Counted from the stretch's first letter, positions 52,470 through 62,944 are shown. The stretch: DNA of 64,000 nucleotides from Bryobacterales bacterium (GCA_963795935.1 CAWCJO010000023.1:33688-97687); one strand, 5' to 3'. The notes: a model not told the origin generated them from the letters alone. Numbers and translations are program-made.

Positions 52470-52497
52470 GTAAGGGAGCGGATTCTTGCCGCGCCCC

Positions 52498-52869
52498 CTA
52501 CGGCCGGTATACCGCCGAGCTCGTATCCGTCTCCCAGATTTTTACTTCCGCGATGTGGATCGGAGTCCCCGCGTTCAGCCCTTCGCTGATGCGATCGTAG
52601 AAAAACTTCGCAATGTTCTCCGCCGACGGATTGATCTCGTCGAACGGCCGCAGATCGTTGATGAAGCGATGGTCGAGGTATTCCATCACGCCCCTGGTCA
52701 CGCGCTTCAGTTCGACAAAATCCACCAACAGACCCGTTGAATCAAGCTGTTCTCCGCGCACCGTCACTTCCACGCGATAGTTGTGGCCGTGCACGTTCTC
52801 GCACTTGCCGCGATAATTGCGGAGCGCGTGTCCCGCCGAAAAGGTCTGCAGCACGGTCACTTCAAACAT
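52498..52869 (-). CDS. queD: 6-carboxy-5,6,7,8-tetrahydropterin synthase QueD (6-pyruvoyl-tetrahydropterin synthase family)
   Basis: FSAGHALRNYRGKCENVHGHNYRVEVTV...; Cys-x(n)-His-x-His Zn ligands and Glu/His catalytic residues. Size 123 aa. Confidence 0.8.
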   Translation of the reverse strand: MFEVTVLQTFSAGHALRNYRGKCENVHGHNYRVEVTVRGEQLDSTGLLVDFVELKRVTRGVMEYLDHRFINDLRPFDEINPSAENIAKFFYDRISEGLNAGTPIHIAEVKIWETDTSSAVYRP

Positions 52870-54790
52870 CGAAAAACTGTTCTACCTCCTCGATTGCCGT
52901 TGTAAACGCGTATTCCGGGAGGCTGTCGAAGAAAACCTGCCCGTAACGCGTTTTCGTAATCCTATTGTCGAGCAAAACCAGTACGCCGCGGTCGGAGCGG
53001 CTGCGTATGAGCCGGCCGAAGCCCTGTTTCAAAGCGAGCGCGGCCTGAGGAAGCTGGTAATCGTAGAACGGATTGCCGCCCTCCTCGCGGATATTCTCAA
53101 TGCGCGCCTCCACCACTGGATCGCTGGGGACCGCGAACGGCAATTTATCGATAATAACGCAGCTCAACGCATCCCCCTGCACGTCCACGCCCTGCCAGAA
53201 GGACGATGTCGCGAACAGGACGCAATTCGGCGTGCGCCGGAATTCCTCGAGCAACGCATTGCGCGGTCCGGTTCCTTGCAGCAGAGTCGGATATTCGATC
53301 GCGAGCGATACCCGATCGTATACCATCCGCATCTGCTGAAAGCTGGTGAACAGCACGAAAGCGCGTCCGCGGCTGTGCCGCAAAACGGCCGCGACTTCCT
53401 CCGCTGCCGCGGCGGGAAACGCTGGGCTGCGCGGCTCCGGCAGATGCTGCGGTACGTAGAATAGCGCCTGCCGTCCGTACTCGAAATGACTCGGAGCGAT
53501 TAATGGCCGCGCGTTCCGGATGCCCAGCCGCTTACGGGCAAAATCGAAGTTGCCTTCCACCGCCAGCGTCGCCGACGTCAGGATCACGGTATCCAGGGCG
53601 TCGAACAGCTTCTCTTCGAGAATCGGCGCCACGTCGATGGGCGTCGCTTTCAGAAAGCAGCCGCGCCCGCGCCGCTCCAGCCAGTACACGTACGATTTGT
53701 CGCCGCCCTTCATCCAGAATTCGAGCCGCCGCCCCAGCTCCTGCGTACGCCGCAACAGCGGGACGACGTCCTCCGGCGCGTTCTTGATCACCTGCAGGTG
53801 CGCCGACAGCAGCTCCAGCGCCCGTTGAAAGTTGTCGTACTTATCGCCGTGCTCCTCCAGAAACGCGTCGTGCCCGCGAAACCCGGTACGCCCTTCAGCC
53901 GCGCCGAACAGCATGAAAAAGTTTTCGCCGCGCACCAGCAGCATCTCGACGATCCGATCGAGCTCCTGCGAGCCAAACTGCTTGCTGCGCGACAGCGCCG
54001 ACACGTCGCGCGATAGATCCTGCACCTGATACGTGCTGACGCCGACGCCAAAGTACTGCCCCGCGACGTCCTCGATCTCGTGCGCCTCGTCGAAGATCAC
54101 CACCGCGTACTCGGGAATGATGCCGCCAAACTCGTCTTTTACCGCCAGGTCGGCGAAAAAGAGATGGTGGTTAACAATGATAATGTCGCTCGCGAACGCG
54201 CGCCGGTGCATTTCGGTTATGAAGCAGCGCTCGAACTGCCGGCATTTCTGGCCCGTGCAAAGATCGCGCCGCGCATCCAGCTTCATCCACGCCGAACTAT
54301 GCTCTGGCAGCGTTTTGATTTCCGCGCGGTCGCCCGTCGCGGTCCGCCCCTCCCAATCGCGAATGATTTGGAAATCGGCCACTTCCTCGAGTCCCGTCAA
54401 AACCGGCTCGCGGTCGGCGTCGTAAATCTTCTGCCGGCAAGCGAAATTCGCGCGTCCCTTCATGTAGCAGACCTTCAATTCCTGAGAAAAATGCTCCTGC
54501 AGAAAGGGAATGTCTTTATAAAAGAGCTGCTCCTGTAGATTTTTAGTGCCCGTGGACACCACCACGCGCCGGCCCGAAAGAATCGCTGGAATCAAATAGG
54601 CAAGCGTCTTGCCCGTGCCGGTTCCCGCCTCCACCAACAGATGCTTTTTTTCAGCGATCGCCGACTCGACCGCCTCCGCCATTTCAAGTTGTCCCGGCCG
54701 GAACTCGTAATTCGGATGCCATTGCGACAGAATGCCCTGCCGCGAAAAAAACTGGCGCGCGGTCAGGCTCTTGGCCGGCGAAGAAGACAT
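52862..54790 (-). CDS. dinG: ATP-dependent DNA helicase DinG (Rad3/XPD family)
   Basis: Walker A AGTGTGKTLAYLIP, DEAH box (VIFDEAHEIED), and a C-terminal helicase domain with QGFGRLIRSRSDRGVLVLLD. Confidence 0.85.
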   Translation of the reverse strand: MSSSPAKSLTARQFFSRQGILSQWHPNYEFRPGQLEMAEAVESAIAEKKHLLVEAGTGTGKTLAYLIPAILSGRRVVVSTGTKNLQEQLFYKDIPFLQEHFSQELKVCYMKGRANFACRQKIYDADREPVLTGLEEVADFQIIRDWEGRTATGDRAEIKTLPEHSSAWMKLDARRDLCTGQKCRQFERCFITEMHRRAFASDIIIVNHHLFFADLAVKDEFGGIIPEYAVVIFDEAHEIEDVAGQYFGVGVSTYQVQDLSRDVSALSRSKQFGSQELDRIVEMLLVRGENFFMLFGAAEGRTGFRGHDAFLEEHGDKYDNFQRALELLSAHLQVIKNAPEDVVPLLRRTQELGRRLEFWMKGGDKSYVYWLERRGRGCFLKATPIDVAPILEEKLFDALDTVILTSATLAVEGNFDFARKRLGIRNARPLIAPSHFEYGRQALFYVPQHLPEPRSPAFPAAAAEEVAAVLRHSRGRAFVLFTSFQQMRMVYDRVSLAIEYPTLLQGTGPRNALLEEFRRTPNCVLFATSSFWQGVDVQGDALSCVIIDKLPFAVPSDPVVEARIENIREEGGNPFYDYQLPQAALALKQGFGRLIRSRSDRGVLVLLDNRITKTRYGQVFFDSLPEYAFTTAIEEVEQFFDV

Positions 54791-54802
54791 CTGTCTCTAT
54801 TA

Positions 54803-55837
54803 TCATTCGCGCCCCTCTTCCCATTGCCGCGCGTACCACCACAGCGAAACCGCGTACCCGCCCAGAAATACCGGCGCTATGCGCCATCCGTACCGGTCGA
54901 CCGCCACTCCCGCCGAAATCAGCCCGGCAATCTGGAAAAATCCGGCCGGCCACAGACGCCCTTCCGCGAATCGCCAGCGCCGCTGCCGGATCGGCTCGCG
55001 CACCGCCGTATCGTGTCCGATGGCCAATGCAACCGCGCACGCCGCCACATCGGGAAGCAGCCGGAACGGCCAGGTCAACAACAGCGCCACCGCGAACCAG
55101 GCCGCATCTTTCGCCAGCAGAATGCCCCATCCCGAGAGCGGCAGCAGACGATAGCGGATCTCTTCGGCCGCGCTGTCGAATCCGAACTGGCACTGCGCCA
55201 GCGTGCTCAGAAACAAGACCGTCATCAAGCCCATCATCAGCCGCGCCGCGGGATCCGGATGCGCGCTCGTGAAACGATAAATAGCCCCGCCGATCGCCAG
55301 CGCCGCGGCGAAGTAGACATCGAGCGATCCCAGCAGTTGCCGTACTTGATTCTGCGCCAGTCCACCGAGGCGTCCCGGAAAGCGCGGGACCACCCGCATC
55401 GGATGCAAGTGCGGCAGGCCTCTCGACCATCCCTCCGCGGCGCTCATGACGGCCTGAGCGATAATGCTGGCGGCGATCAGCGCGATTCCCACCACCATTT
55501 CCCTCGCCACGGCCGCAAACAAGACGGCGATCGGAAGCATGGGATTCAACGCCAGCGCCCCCGCGCGTACCGCGATGCGCTGAGCGCCGCTCAAGGGCCA
55601 TAAGCGGAATCGCTCCGCCGGAACCTGCCGCAGCACGTCCGCCGACAAAGGAAATAGAACCAGCACCCCGATCAGCAGCAGAAAGAAGCTCGTACTGCTG
55701 CCCCGGTTGGACGGCTCCTCGGCCTTCATCAGCACGATGACGGCTATCAGATTATTGCCCGCGATCGACCCCAGACTCCGCAGATCGCGCCAGGAACTGC
55801 GCGCAATGCCGCTCAGGATGGCTGCGATTGCAGCCAT
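54803..55837 (-). CDS. Polytopic membrane protein, probable ABC-2-type permease partner of the adjacent ATPase
   Basis: 8-10 predicted TM helices. Overlaps the upstream ABC ATPase gene by 25 bp. Confidence 0.5.
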   Translation of the reverse strand: MAAIAAILSGIARSSWRDLRSLGSIAGNNLIAVIVLMKAEEPSNRGSSTSFFLLLIGVLVLFPLSADVLRQVPAERFRLWPLSGAQRIAVRAGALALNPMLPIAVLFAAVAREMVVGIALIAASIIAQAVMSAAEGWSRGLPHLHPMRVVPRFPGRLGGLAQNQVRQLLGSLDVYFAAALAIGGAIYRFTSAHPDPAARLMMGLMTVLFLSTLAQCQFGFDSAAEEIRYRLLPLSGWGILLAKDAAWFAVALLLTWPFRLLPDVAACAVALAIGHDTAVREPIRQRRWRFAEGRLWPAGFFQIAGLISAGVAVDRYGWRIAPVFLGGYAVSLWWYARQWEEGRE

Positions 55838-56556
55838 GTAAGCTGTTCCGTTACCGGCGTCTCGGCCAATTCGAAATACAGCGCCTCGATGTTCGTCTCA
55901 ATCTCCGAGATCGGGGAGTTCCACGCCAGAGCGCCGCCGCGCATCAAAATCAGCCGGTCCGCTACCCGATCGACAAGCGAAAGAATGTGTGAAGCCAGAA
56001 AAATCGTGATGCCGCGCGATGCCATGGAACGGAGTTGCAGGCGGATGGTCTCCGCCGACACCGGATCGATCCCCTCAAACGGCTCGTCCAGAAACAGAAC
56101 CGCGGGGTTGTGAAGCAGCGCCATCGCGAGCGCCGTCTTCTTGCGCATGCCGTGCGAGCAATCCTTCGCAAACGTGCCGCGCGTTTCATGGATCCCAAGC
56201 ACGCGCAAAAGTTGTTCCGAACGAAAGCGCGTCGTCGCGCGATCGAGTCCGTAGATCGGCCCCGCCATCGCAAGATGTTCCTCGATCGTTAACTCGGAAA
56301 ACAAGGCCAGCGTGTCCGGAACCACGCCCATGCGTTGGCGCAGCTCGCGCGTATTCGCGGCGGGATCGAAGCCGGCCACCCTCGCGCTCCCTTCATCCGG
56401 CGTCAGCAGCCCGCACAGCATCTTGATGAGGGTCGACTTCCCCGCCCCGTTCGGACCCAGAAGCGCGCAGATTTCGCCCCGCCGCACTTCGAGACCGACC
56501 CGGTCCACCGCCGTCAACGCACCGTAGCGCTTCGTAAGATTCTCGCAGAAGATCAT
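55813..56556 (-). CDS. ABC transporter ATP-binding protein
   Basis: Walker A GPNGAGKST, Q-loop, ABC signature CSHGMRKKTALAM, Walker B LFLDEPFEGID, H-loop. Confidence 0.85.
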   Translation of the reverse strand: MIFCENLTKRYGALTAVDRVGLEVRRGEICALLGPNGAGKSTLIKMLCGLLTPDEGSARVAGFDPAANTRELRQRMGVVPDTLALFSELTIEEHLAMAGPIYGLDRATTRFRSEQLLRVLGIHETRGTFAKDCSHGMRKKTALAMALLHNPAVLFLDEPFEGIDPVSAETIRLQLRSMASRGITIFLASHILSLVDRVADRLILMRGGALAWNSPISEIETNIEALYFELAETPVTEQLTWLQSQPS

Positions 56557-56639
56557 GGCCACGCTCGCGCCCGCCAGCGTGGCTCCAGGTTTAGCAGAAA
56601 CGCGGCCGGCGCGTCTACCGCGGCGCTCGGCATACAACG

Positions 56640-56665
56640 AAAAAGCCGCCCATTCCCAGGGCGGC
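56640..56665 (-). terminator. Rho-independent terminator of cspA (minus-strand stem GCCGCCC...GGGCGGC followed by TTTTT)
   Basis: Plus strand reads aaaaaGCCGCCCattcccaGGGCGGC. On the minus strand this gives a 7-bp GC stem with a 7-nt loop, then a U5 tract, 35 nt downstream of the csp stop. Confidence 0.65.
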
Positions 56666-56699
56666 TCGACGTTGTCTCAGAATTATGTGGAATCGATTT

Positions 56700-56903
56700 C
56701 TACGGCCGCATGACATTCTCGGCCTGCAGGCCCTTGGGCCCGCGCTTGACCTCGAACTCCACCTCCAAACCCTCATCGAGCGTGCGATAGCCGCTCATCT
56801 GGATCGCTGAAAAATGAACAAAGACATCCTCGCCGTTGGAGCGTTGGATAAATCCATAACCCTTGGCGGCGTTAAACCATTTTACGGTTCCTTTTTCTCT
56901 CAC
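56700..56903 (-). CDS. cspA: Cold-shock protein (CspA family)
   Basis: [15 protein letters not shown] (RNP1) ... VFVHFSAI (RNP2). Size 67 aa. Confidence 0.9.
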   Translation of the reverse strand: MREKGTVKWFNAAKGYGFIQRSNGEDVFVHFSAIQMSGYRTLDEGLEVEFEVKRGPKGLQAENVMRP

Positions 56904-57193
56904 TACTTGTCTCTCCTAGCTCTGGTCTGCTGATTTCGGCGCCCCTGTGAGCAAACACACACGACGAAACAGCGTGGCAAACCTACCGTGCCGCCCGCCG
57001 TAAATGTAGCCATCGATGGCGTCAAAATCGTTGAAAAACTGGAGATAGTATCTCAAATCGATCCGCGGCGCGCAAGAGAAAAGTTGCCCTCAACTCGAGG
57101 CCATGTAGTCGCGGGCCAGGGCTCAGCGACCGCCGCCGGCCTCTAGTACGGTCGCGCGTACGGGGCTTACCGTTACGCGGCCGCCGCGGTCGG

Positions 57194-58546
57194 CTAGCCC
57201 GCGGCCCCCGCTCGCATCCCGCGGTGCAGGCCGAGTGCGCGAATGCGCTTATGCAGGTTCGTCCGCTCCATGCCGAGCGCCCGCGCCGCCCCCGAGACGT
57301 TCCAGCTCGTCTCTTCCAGCACCCGCAGGATGTGATCGCGCTCCGCCGCGTCGCGGGCTTCGCGCAGGTTCGAACGAGGCGCGGCATCGGAGCCCATCCG
57401 GATCTCGACGGGAATCGTTTCCGCCGTAAGAATATCGCCGGAGTTCAGAATCGCCATCCGCTCGATCGTGTTGCGCAGCTCGCGTGCGTTTCCCGGCCAC
57501 GAATACTCCTCCAGCGGCCGGAACACGTCGGGGTCGATCTGTTTCGGATGGAAATTATTGCGGGTGCAGAATTCACTCAGAAAATACTCGGCCATCGCTG
57601 CAATGTCCCGCGTCCGCTCGCGCAGAGCCGGCACGCGAATGGGCACGACGCAGAGGCGATAGTACAGATCTTCCCTGAATTTCTGTTGGCCGACCAACTC
57701 CTGCAGGTTGCGGTTGGTCGCCGACACCACGCGAACGGAAACGCGAATAGTCTGTTCTCCGCCGACGCGTTGGAACTCGCCCTCCTGCAAAACCCGCAGT
57801 AGTTTGGCCTGTGAGCCGGCATGCAGATCGCCGACTTCATCGAGGAAAATCGTGCCGCCATCGGCCATCTCGAACTTCCCGCGCCGCATCGCGACGGCGC
57901 CGGTGAAAGCTCCCTTTTCGTGCCCGAACAGCTCGCTTTCGAGCAGCTCGGACGGGATGGCGGCGCAATTCACCTTCACGAAGGGGCCGGATGCGAAGGG
58001 GCTCTCGCGATGAATGTGCTCCGCCAGCAGCTCCTTGCCGGTACCCGATTCGCCCATCAGCAGGACGCGAGCGTCGGAGCGGGCCGCCATGGCCGCTTGC
58101 TCCACCACCTTCAGGAATGCCGGACTGGCGCCGATCATCTTCGGTCCCACGCCGGCCATCTCCCGCAATTGCTGGTTTTCACGCCGCAGACTCGATTGCT
58201 CCAGCGCATTCTTCAGCGTCACCAGAACCTTGTCGCGAGAGAGCGGCTTTTCAAGAAAATCGAACGCCCCGGCGCGCGTCGCCTCCACCGCGTCGGCGAT
58301 CGTTCCGTGCCCGGATATCATGACCGCCGGCGCGGAAATTTCTTGTTCGCGCAATTGCCGCAGCAGGTCGATGCCGCTTCCATCGGGCAGTCGGACGTCG
58401 AGCAGCAACGCATCGGCGCGGGCGGCCAGCGCGCGGCCCTCCTCGACGGATCGCGCGATCGTCACGGCGTAACCGGCGTGTTCAAGAATCATCTGCAGCG
58501 AGCGGCAGATGTTCGGCTCGTCGTCGAGGATGAGAATTCGTTTCAT
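57194..58546 (-). CDS. Sigma-54-dependent response regulator (NtrC family)
   Basis: Receiver (ILILDDEPNI...LLLDVRLPDGSG), AAA+ sigma-54 interaction domain (GESGTGKE, GAFTGA, ESELFGHEKGAFTGA) and a C-terminal Fis-type HTH. Confidence 0.85.
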   Translation of the reverse strand: MKRILILDDEPNICRSLQMILEHAGYAVTIARSVEEGRALAARADALLLDVRLPDGSGIDLLRQLREQEISAPAVMISGHGTIADAVEATRAGAFDFLEKPLSRDKVLVTLKNALEQSSLRRENQQLREMAGVGPKMIGASPAFLKVVEQAAMAARSDARVLLMGESGTGKELLAEHIHRESPFASGPFVKVNCAAIPSELLESELFGHEKGAFTGAVAMRRGKFEMADGGTIFLDEVGDLHAGSQAKLLRVLQEGEFQRVGGEQTIRVSVRVVSATNRNLQELVGQQKFREDLYYRLCVVPIRVPALRERTRDIAAMAEYFLSEFCTRNNFHPKQIDPDVFRPLEEYSWPGNARELRNTIERMAILNSGDILTAETIPVEIRMGSDAAPRSNLREARDAAERDHILRVLEETSWNVSGAARALGMERTNLHKRIRALGLHRGMRAGAAG

Positions 58547-59916
58547 GCGCGCGGCAGCAGGACGCGAAATCCCGCGCCTCCCAATTCACTCGCGACCAGT
58601 TCCAAATCTCCGCCCGAGAGGACCGCGCCGCGGCGGGCGATGGACAGCCCCAGTCCCATGCCGCCCGGCTTGAACGAAATCGTGGGCTGAAAAAGCGAGC
58701 CGCGCACGTGCGGGGAAAGACCCGGTCCGGAATCGTGGACCTCAATCGCAACCTTGCCGTTTATCGCATTGGTAATTCCCAGCACGCAGCCGCCGGAATG
58801 CATCGCTTGCGCCGCGTTCTCGAGCAGGTTCGTCAGAACGCCTTTGACAAGATCTTCATCCGCCACCGCGCGCGGCTTGTCGTCCGAAAGACGCACCGCA
58901 TAGGCGATCTCCGGGTGCGATGTCTTGAGCAGCGAAATCCGCTCCTGCAGAAGCAAATTCACGTCCAGCTCCTTAGGCCGCACCGGAGGTTCGCTCGAGA
59001 ACTCCGCGAACGATCGAACGCGGCGCTCCAGAGCCGCGACTTCGTCCACGACGATCTGCGAAGCCTGCTGCAGAAACTCGTCGCCCTCCCCGCAATACCG
59101 CGCCGCCACTTCTTCCATCGTGAGGCGTATGGGCGTCAGCGAATTCTTCACCTCGTGCGCCATCTTGCGCGCCAGCGCCTGCCAGCTCTCCAGCCGCGTC
59201 ACATAGACCAGCCGTTCGCGGGAATGCCGCAACTCCTCCGCCATGCGGTTGAACGTGTCGATGGCGCCCGCCAATTTCGTCGTAGCGCGAGATCTCCACG
59301 CGCTGTTCCAGCCTCCCCGCCGCCACCTCCGAAAGACCGCGCGTGAGCTGCCGTATCGGACGCGTCAACCGCTGCGCCCACAGGATCACGCCCAAAAGCG
59401 CCAGACCCCAAATGGCCCCCGCCAACACCAACAGCGTGTAAACATAGCCCCGCCGCAGCTCGCCGCCGTTGGCCTTCTCCACCTTGGCGCGGGCCTGCGC
59501 ATACTCCTCGCGCATGTGCCCCAGCTCCACGCCGTGCAGCGGGGTCGAATAGACCCACACCTCCTGCCCGTGCCGCACCAAATAGTCGATGCGGGAGCCG
59601 CCTTCGCCGCCCAGGCCGATGCGCTCGGGTTCTTCGGTAGCGGCGAACTCCGCGGCCTCCGCCGGCCAGTGAGCGCGATCCGCGGCGTCGCAACACGACC
59701 GGCGCGATGCGACCCGCGGCGGCGTCCCGCTTGAGCGAATCTCCCGCGCGCTGGTATAACTCATGTCCCACTTTTTGCAGCGATCGGGAAACATCGTCGA
59801 GCTCGCCGAGCGTGAGGCTGCGCTGCAGCAGTGAAATCGAGATCGCGACGGTGATGGCCAGCGGCGCCAAGGTCGCGATCGCAAACCCGGCGATAAGCCT
59901 GTTGCGGACCGTCATC
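58543..59916 (-). CDS. Sensor histidine kinase (NtrB-like partner of the NtrC regulator), broken by at least two frameshifts (near 59285 and ~59700)
   Basis: Three overlapping ORFs in different frames: an N-terminal TM/sensor (MTVRNRLIAGFAIATLAPLAITVAIS), a second TM plus HAMP (LTRPIRQLTRGLSEVAAGRLEQRVEISRYDEIG), then HisKA (MAHEVKNSLTPI) and HATPase_c (NLLENAAQAM...DSGPG...GGMGLGLSI). Confidence 0.7.
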
Positions 59917-60517
59917 GCTTCAGGTCGCGGAGCTTGAACGGCTGCGTCTCCGCGCTCCACTCCTGGGCCGGCGAAGTGGCGGCGCGGCTGAACAGATCGA
60001 TGAGGCTGGCGAGGCTCAGCCCGGAGTCGGTGATCGGCGATGGCGCGGCGCTCTCTTCGGCGCGGATCTGAAGACGCAGCCAAAGGTCTTTGCCGTCCGG
60101 CACGCTGGCGGCCGGAAGACCGATCTGTTCGATGCACCATGCCTCGGCGGCATTCGCCGTCAGCCCTTTCACGCTCCTGCGGGGCGCTCGCAATTGCACG
60201 GCCGAAAAGGTCTCCGGCCACACGTCATAGCTGACGATGAAGCGGTCGAGCGCGCGTTCCAGCGGCATGGCGCGCGGAATCGTGGTCAAGGTCAACTGGA
60301 ACGCATAAGGAACCGATGTGCCCCGGTGCAGCCGGTCGAGTGCCTTGCCGCTCAGAAAATGCAGCCCCGGCGCGGTGACTTGCAGGCGATCGGCGTTCCA
60401 ACGGGGCATCAGCGACTGCGTGGACAAGGCCAGCGCCACGGCGCAGAAAGCCATTGTCGCTGCGGCGTAACCGCTAATGGACAGCGCGGCCGGCCACCGT
60501 GTCGAGCGTAAACGCAT
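59912..60517 (-). CDS. Hypothetical exported protein (signal-anchor) immediately upstream of, and overlapping, the HK gene
   Basis: N-terminal hydrophobic segment and no known motif. ATGA overlap with the HK start. Confidence 0.45.
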   Translation of the reverse strand: MRLRSTRWPAALSISGYAAATMAFCAVALALSTQSLMPRWNADRLQVTAPGLHFLSGKALDRLHRGTSVPYAFQLTLTTIPRAMPLERALDRFIVSYDVWPETFSAVQLRAPRRSVKGLTANAAEAWCIEQIGLPAASVPDGKDLWLRLQIRAEESAAPSPITDSGLSLASLIDLFSRAATSPAQEWSAETQPFKLRDLKR

Positions 60518-61863
60518 TCAGAAGTTCATACCCGCGATAAAAACCGGCTGCACGCGATCGGTCCCGAGGGGAAAGGCGACTGCGAGCAGTACTCCGTTTA
60601 CTTTAACTCCGATTCCCGCCGATTGCTTCGGCTCGGCTTTTATCCCACGATCCCAGATCGCGCCCGCATCGTAGAACACGCGCGCTATCCCATAGCCATA
60701 CCCAGCCGACCCGTACACAACGCGGCTGCCCCCCAGCGGGTCCAGCTCGAATTTATCCCACCCGCGCAGCGCGCCGCTCGTGCCCAGAACGAAACGCTCG
60801 TACAGGGGAGCGCGGCCCAGGATCGCTCCCGCGGTGAAAGACGCTTCGGCGGTTTGGTGTCCGCGCTTCCAGTGATAGCTGGCGTCGATGGCGTGCCGCG
60901 TGTAGGCGTAGGCGCTGCCCAGCAAGCTGGTGGCGGCGTGCATGCTGTAAAGGGCGCTGAAGCGATGCTTGCCGTTTGTCGAGTCGCCCATTCCTTGTCG
61001 TACCGCAAAGCGCTGACCACCGCGTTGGACGATTCCGTTCCCGTCCCCGGCAACTGCGGTTGCATCTGCTCAAAATTCAAGCCCACCGTCCAGGTGAGCG
61101 GTCCCGCAACGGCGATCGTGGCCGCAGGCTCGAAACTGTTGCGCGTGCGGTACAAACCGGAGAGATCCCCTTGCCGCGCCGCCGCGGTTTCCGTCGCGCC
61201 GTCAAAGCTTTCGTGGAAGCTGTCGAACTCGAAGCTCAACCGCACCCGTTCCGAGCCATGTTCCGGGAACAGTCCCATATGGTCGTACCGCGCGCGCACG
61301 CCCGCTTCCGTCTCAAGCAGCGAATCTCCCTCCTTCAGCACTCCGAACGTGAAGGTATTCTTTCCGGCATACACGACCGCATCGCCTTCGCCGCTCCAGC
61401 CTTCGCGAGAATCATAGAGCAGCTTCCGCCCCTCGACATCGAAGGCCGTACTGGGTCCATTCACTTCGAACGTGACGCGGACGTGCGCGGGATCGGCCCC
61501 GCGCGTCAGCCTGAAAACCACTTCATGGCCGTGGAGCTCGCCGCTGATGCGCCGCGCCATGCTTTCGAACATGTCCGTGTTGAAGTGCGCCCCGACCAGG
61601 TCCTGCATATCTTCGACCAGCGATCTGCTGATGCGATACCGCCGGGAATTGGCAATCCCGACGCTCTCGACGGTATACCGGGAATTGACGTTCATGTCGG
61701 CGGCGGCGTTTCCGGCCGCCTCTTCCCACGCCGTCGCTTCCAGGACGCCGGCCGGCTGGGTGGGGGAGGCTGGCTGGGCAAGGGGTTGTTCGGCGTCAAT
61801 CGTGTTTGTCTGGGTTTGTCCCGAAGCCAAAACCGCAAACCCAAGAACCAAAGCGAGCTTCAT
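60518..61863 (-). CDS. Omp85/BamA-family outer-membrane beta-barrel (single POTRA-like N-domain); frameshift near 60990-61010
   Basis: Signal peptide MKLALVLGFAVLASGQ. The C-terminal ORF ends with the characteristic YGYGIARVFYDAGAIWD...PVFIAGMNF (beta-barrel with terminal F). Two ORFs overlap in different frames. Confidence 0.6.
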
Positions 61864-61960
61864 GGCCGGTCGGTGGGCAAACAAGCTACCAAAATACCGC
61901 GCTTTATGGCTCAAGCACATGCGCCCCCGCGGTGTGAACCCCGGGCACAGGTGTGCTGCA

Positions 61961-62533
61961 TCACGCAGGAAAACGAGTGACTTCCAAGCCCTTGCCGATC
62001 GGCAACGTAATGGACTCGGCCGCGCGTCGCGATCGGACGTACGCGACGTAATCCACCAAATTATGCGAAATGATGTTGTCCGCCACCACAACGGCGCCGG
62101 GCGCGAGATGCAGCATGTCCAGAAAGCGCCCGTAGTCCTCCTTCTCGCAGTCGATCAGCGCGAAATCGGTCTCTCCAAGCGACGGCAGAATCACCCCGGC
62201 ATCGCCGGGCAGCAGCTCCACGTAAGCGGATAGTTTCAGCTTGGCAAGGTTGTCGCGCGCTTCGGCCTGCCGCGACGGCTCGATCTCGATCGAGATAAGC
62301 CGCCCGCCGGCATGGCGCGCCGCCACTGCCAGCGCGATCGTCGAGATGCCGCTGGACCCGCCTATTTCGACCAGCCTCTTTGCCCGCAGCCCCGCCGCCA
62401 GCGCGCAAACGAACTCCGCCGATTCCGGCTCCAGGTTGCGATGACGCTCCCGCTGCGGCAGGTTCGCGTCATCCTGCGACAGCTTCCGTTCCCACAAGCG
62501 CGCGATAGCGTCCCGCTCCGGTTGGCCCAACAC
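61961..62533 (-). CDS. Class I SAM-dependent O-methyltransferase (caffeoyl-CoA OMT-like / Methyltransf_3)
   Basis: LVEIGGSSGISTIALA (SAM-binding motif I), DCEKEDY. Confidence 0.75.
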   Translation of the reverse strand: MLGQPERDAIARLWERKLSQDDANLPQRERHRNLEPESAEFVCALAAGLRAKRLVEIGGSSGISTIALAVAARHAGGRLISIEIEPSRQAEARDNLAKLKLSAYVELLPGDAGVILPSLGETDFALIDCEKEDYGRFLDMLHLAPGAVVVADNIISHNLVDYVAYVRSRRAAESITLPIGKGLEVTRFPA

Positions 62534-62586
62534 TATTTCTTCTTTGTATCAAGCGGCGCGCCGGTACGGGTCGGAATTGAAATACG

Positions 62587-62811
62587 ATGTTCCAAGGCGC
62601 TTTCAGCGCGGTAGGTGAGGAAACGATCAATCGCGGCGAACTCGCAATCTGTAAACGGCGCGGGCACGACGTTGTCTTAATCGGCATCGGCCAGCGATGG
62701 AAACAGTGTAAGTGGTGCGGGATTTGGTTGCGCGAGGTTCGCACAATAGAGGAACGCGAAGACGATCCGCCCAACGACGAGCAGGACCCGCTTGGCAGGA
62801 TTTCGCGCTGA
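62587..62811 (+). CDS. Possible small Cys-containing protein (74 aa) in an otherwise empty 410-bp intergenic region
   Basis: ORF with CKRRGH...CKWCG. GC3 is moderately biased. No known motif; low confidence. Confidence 0.25.
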   Translation: MFQGAFSAVGEETINRGELAICKRRGHDVVLIGIGQRWKQCKWCGIWLREVRTIEEREDDPPNDEQDPLGRISR

Positions 62812-62944
62812 GGCTAGACTGGTGGCCCGTGTCGCAACACCGCTCCCTCACGGTCGCGGCTCGGTAACGTCCTGAATCCCGCTGAGCCGCTTGCGTCGCG
62901 GAGTTGATCTTGGGCAAAGTCTGACCGAGTTCCCAGAAAACCAC

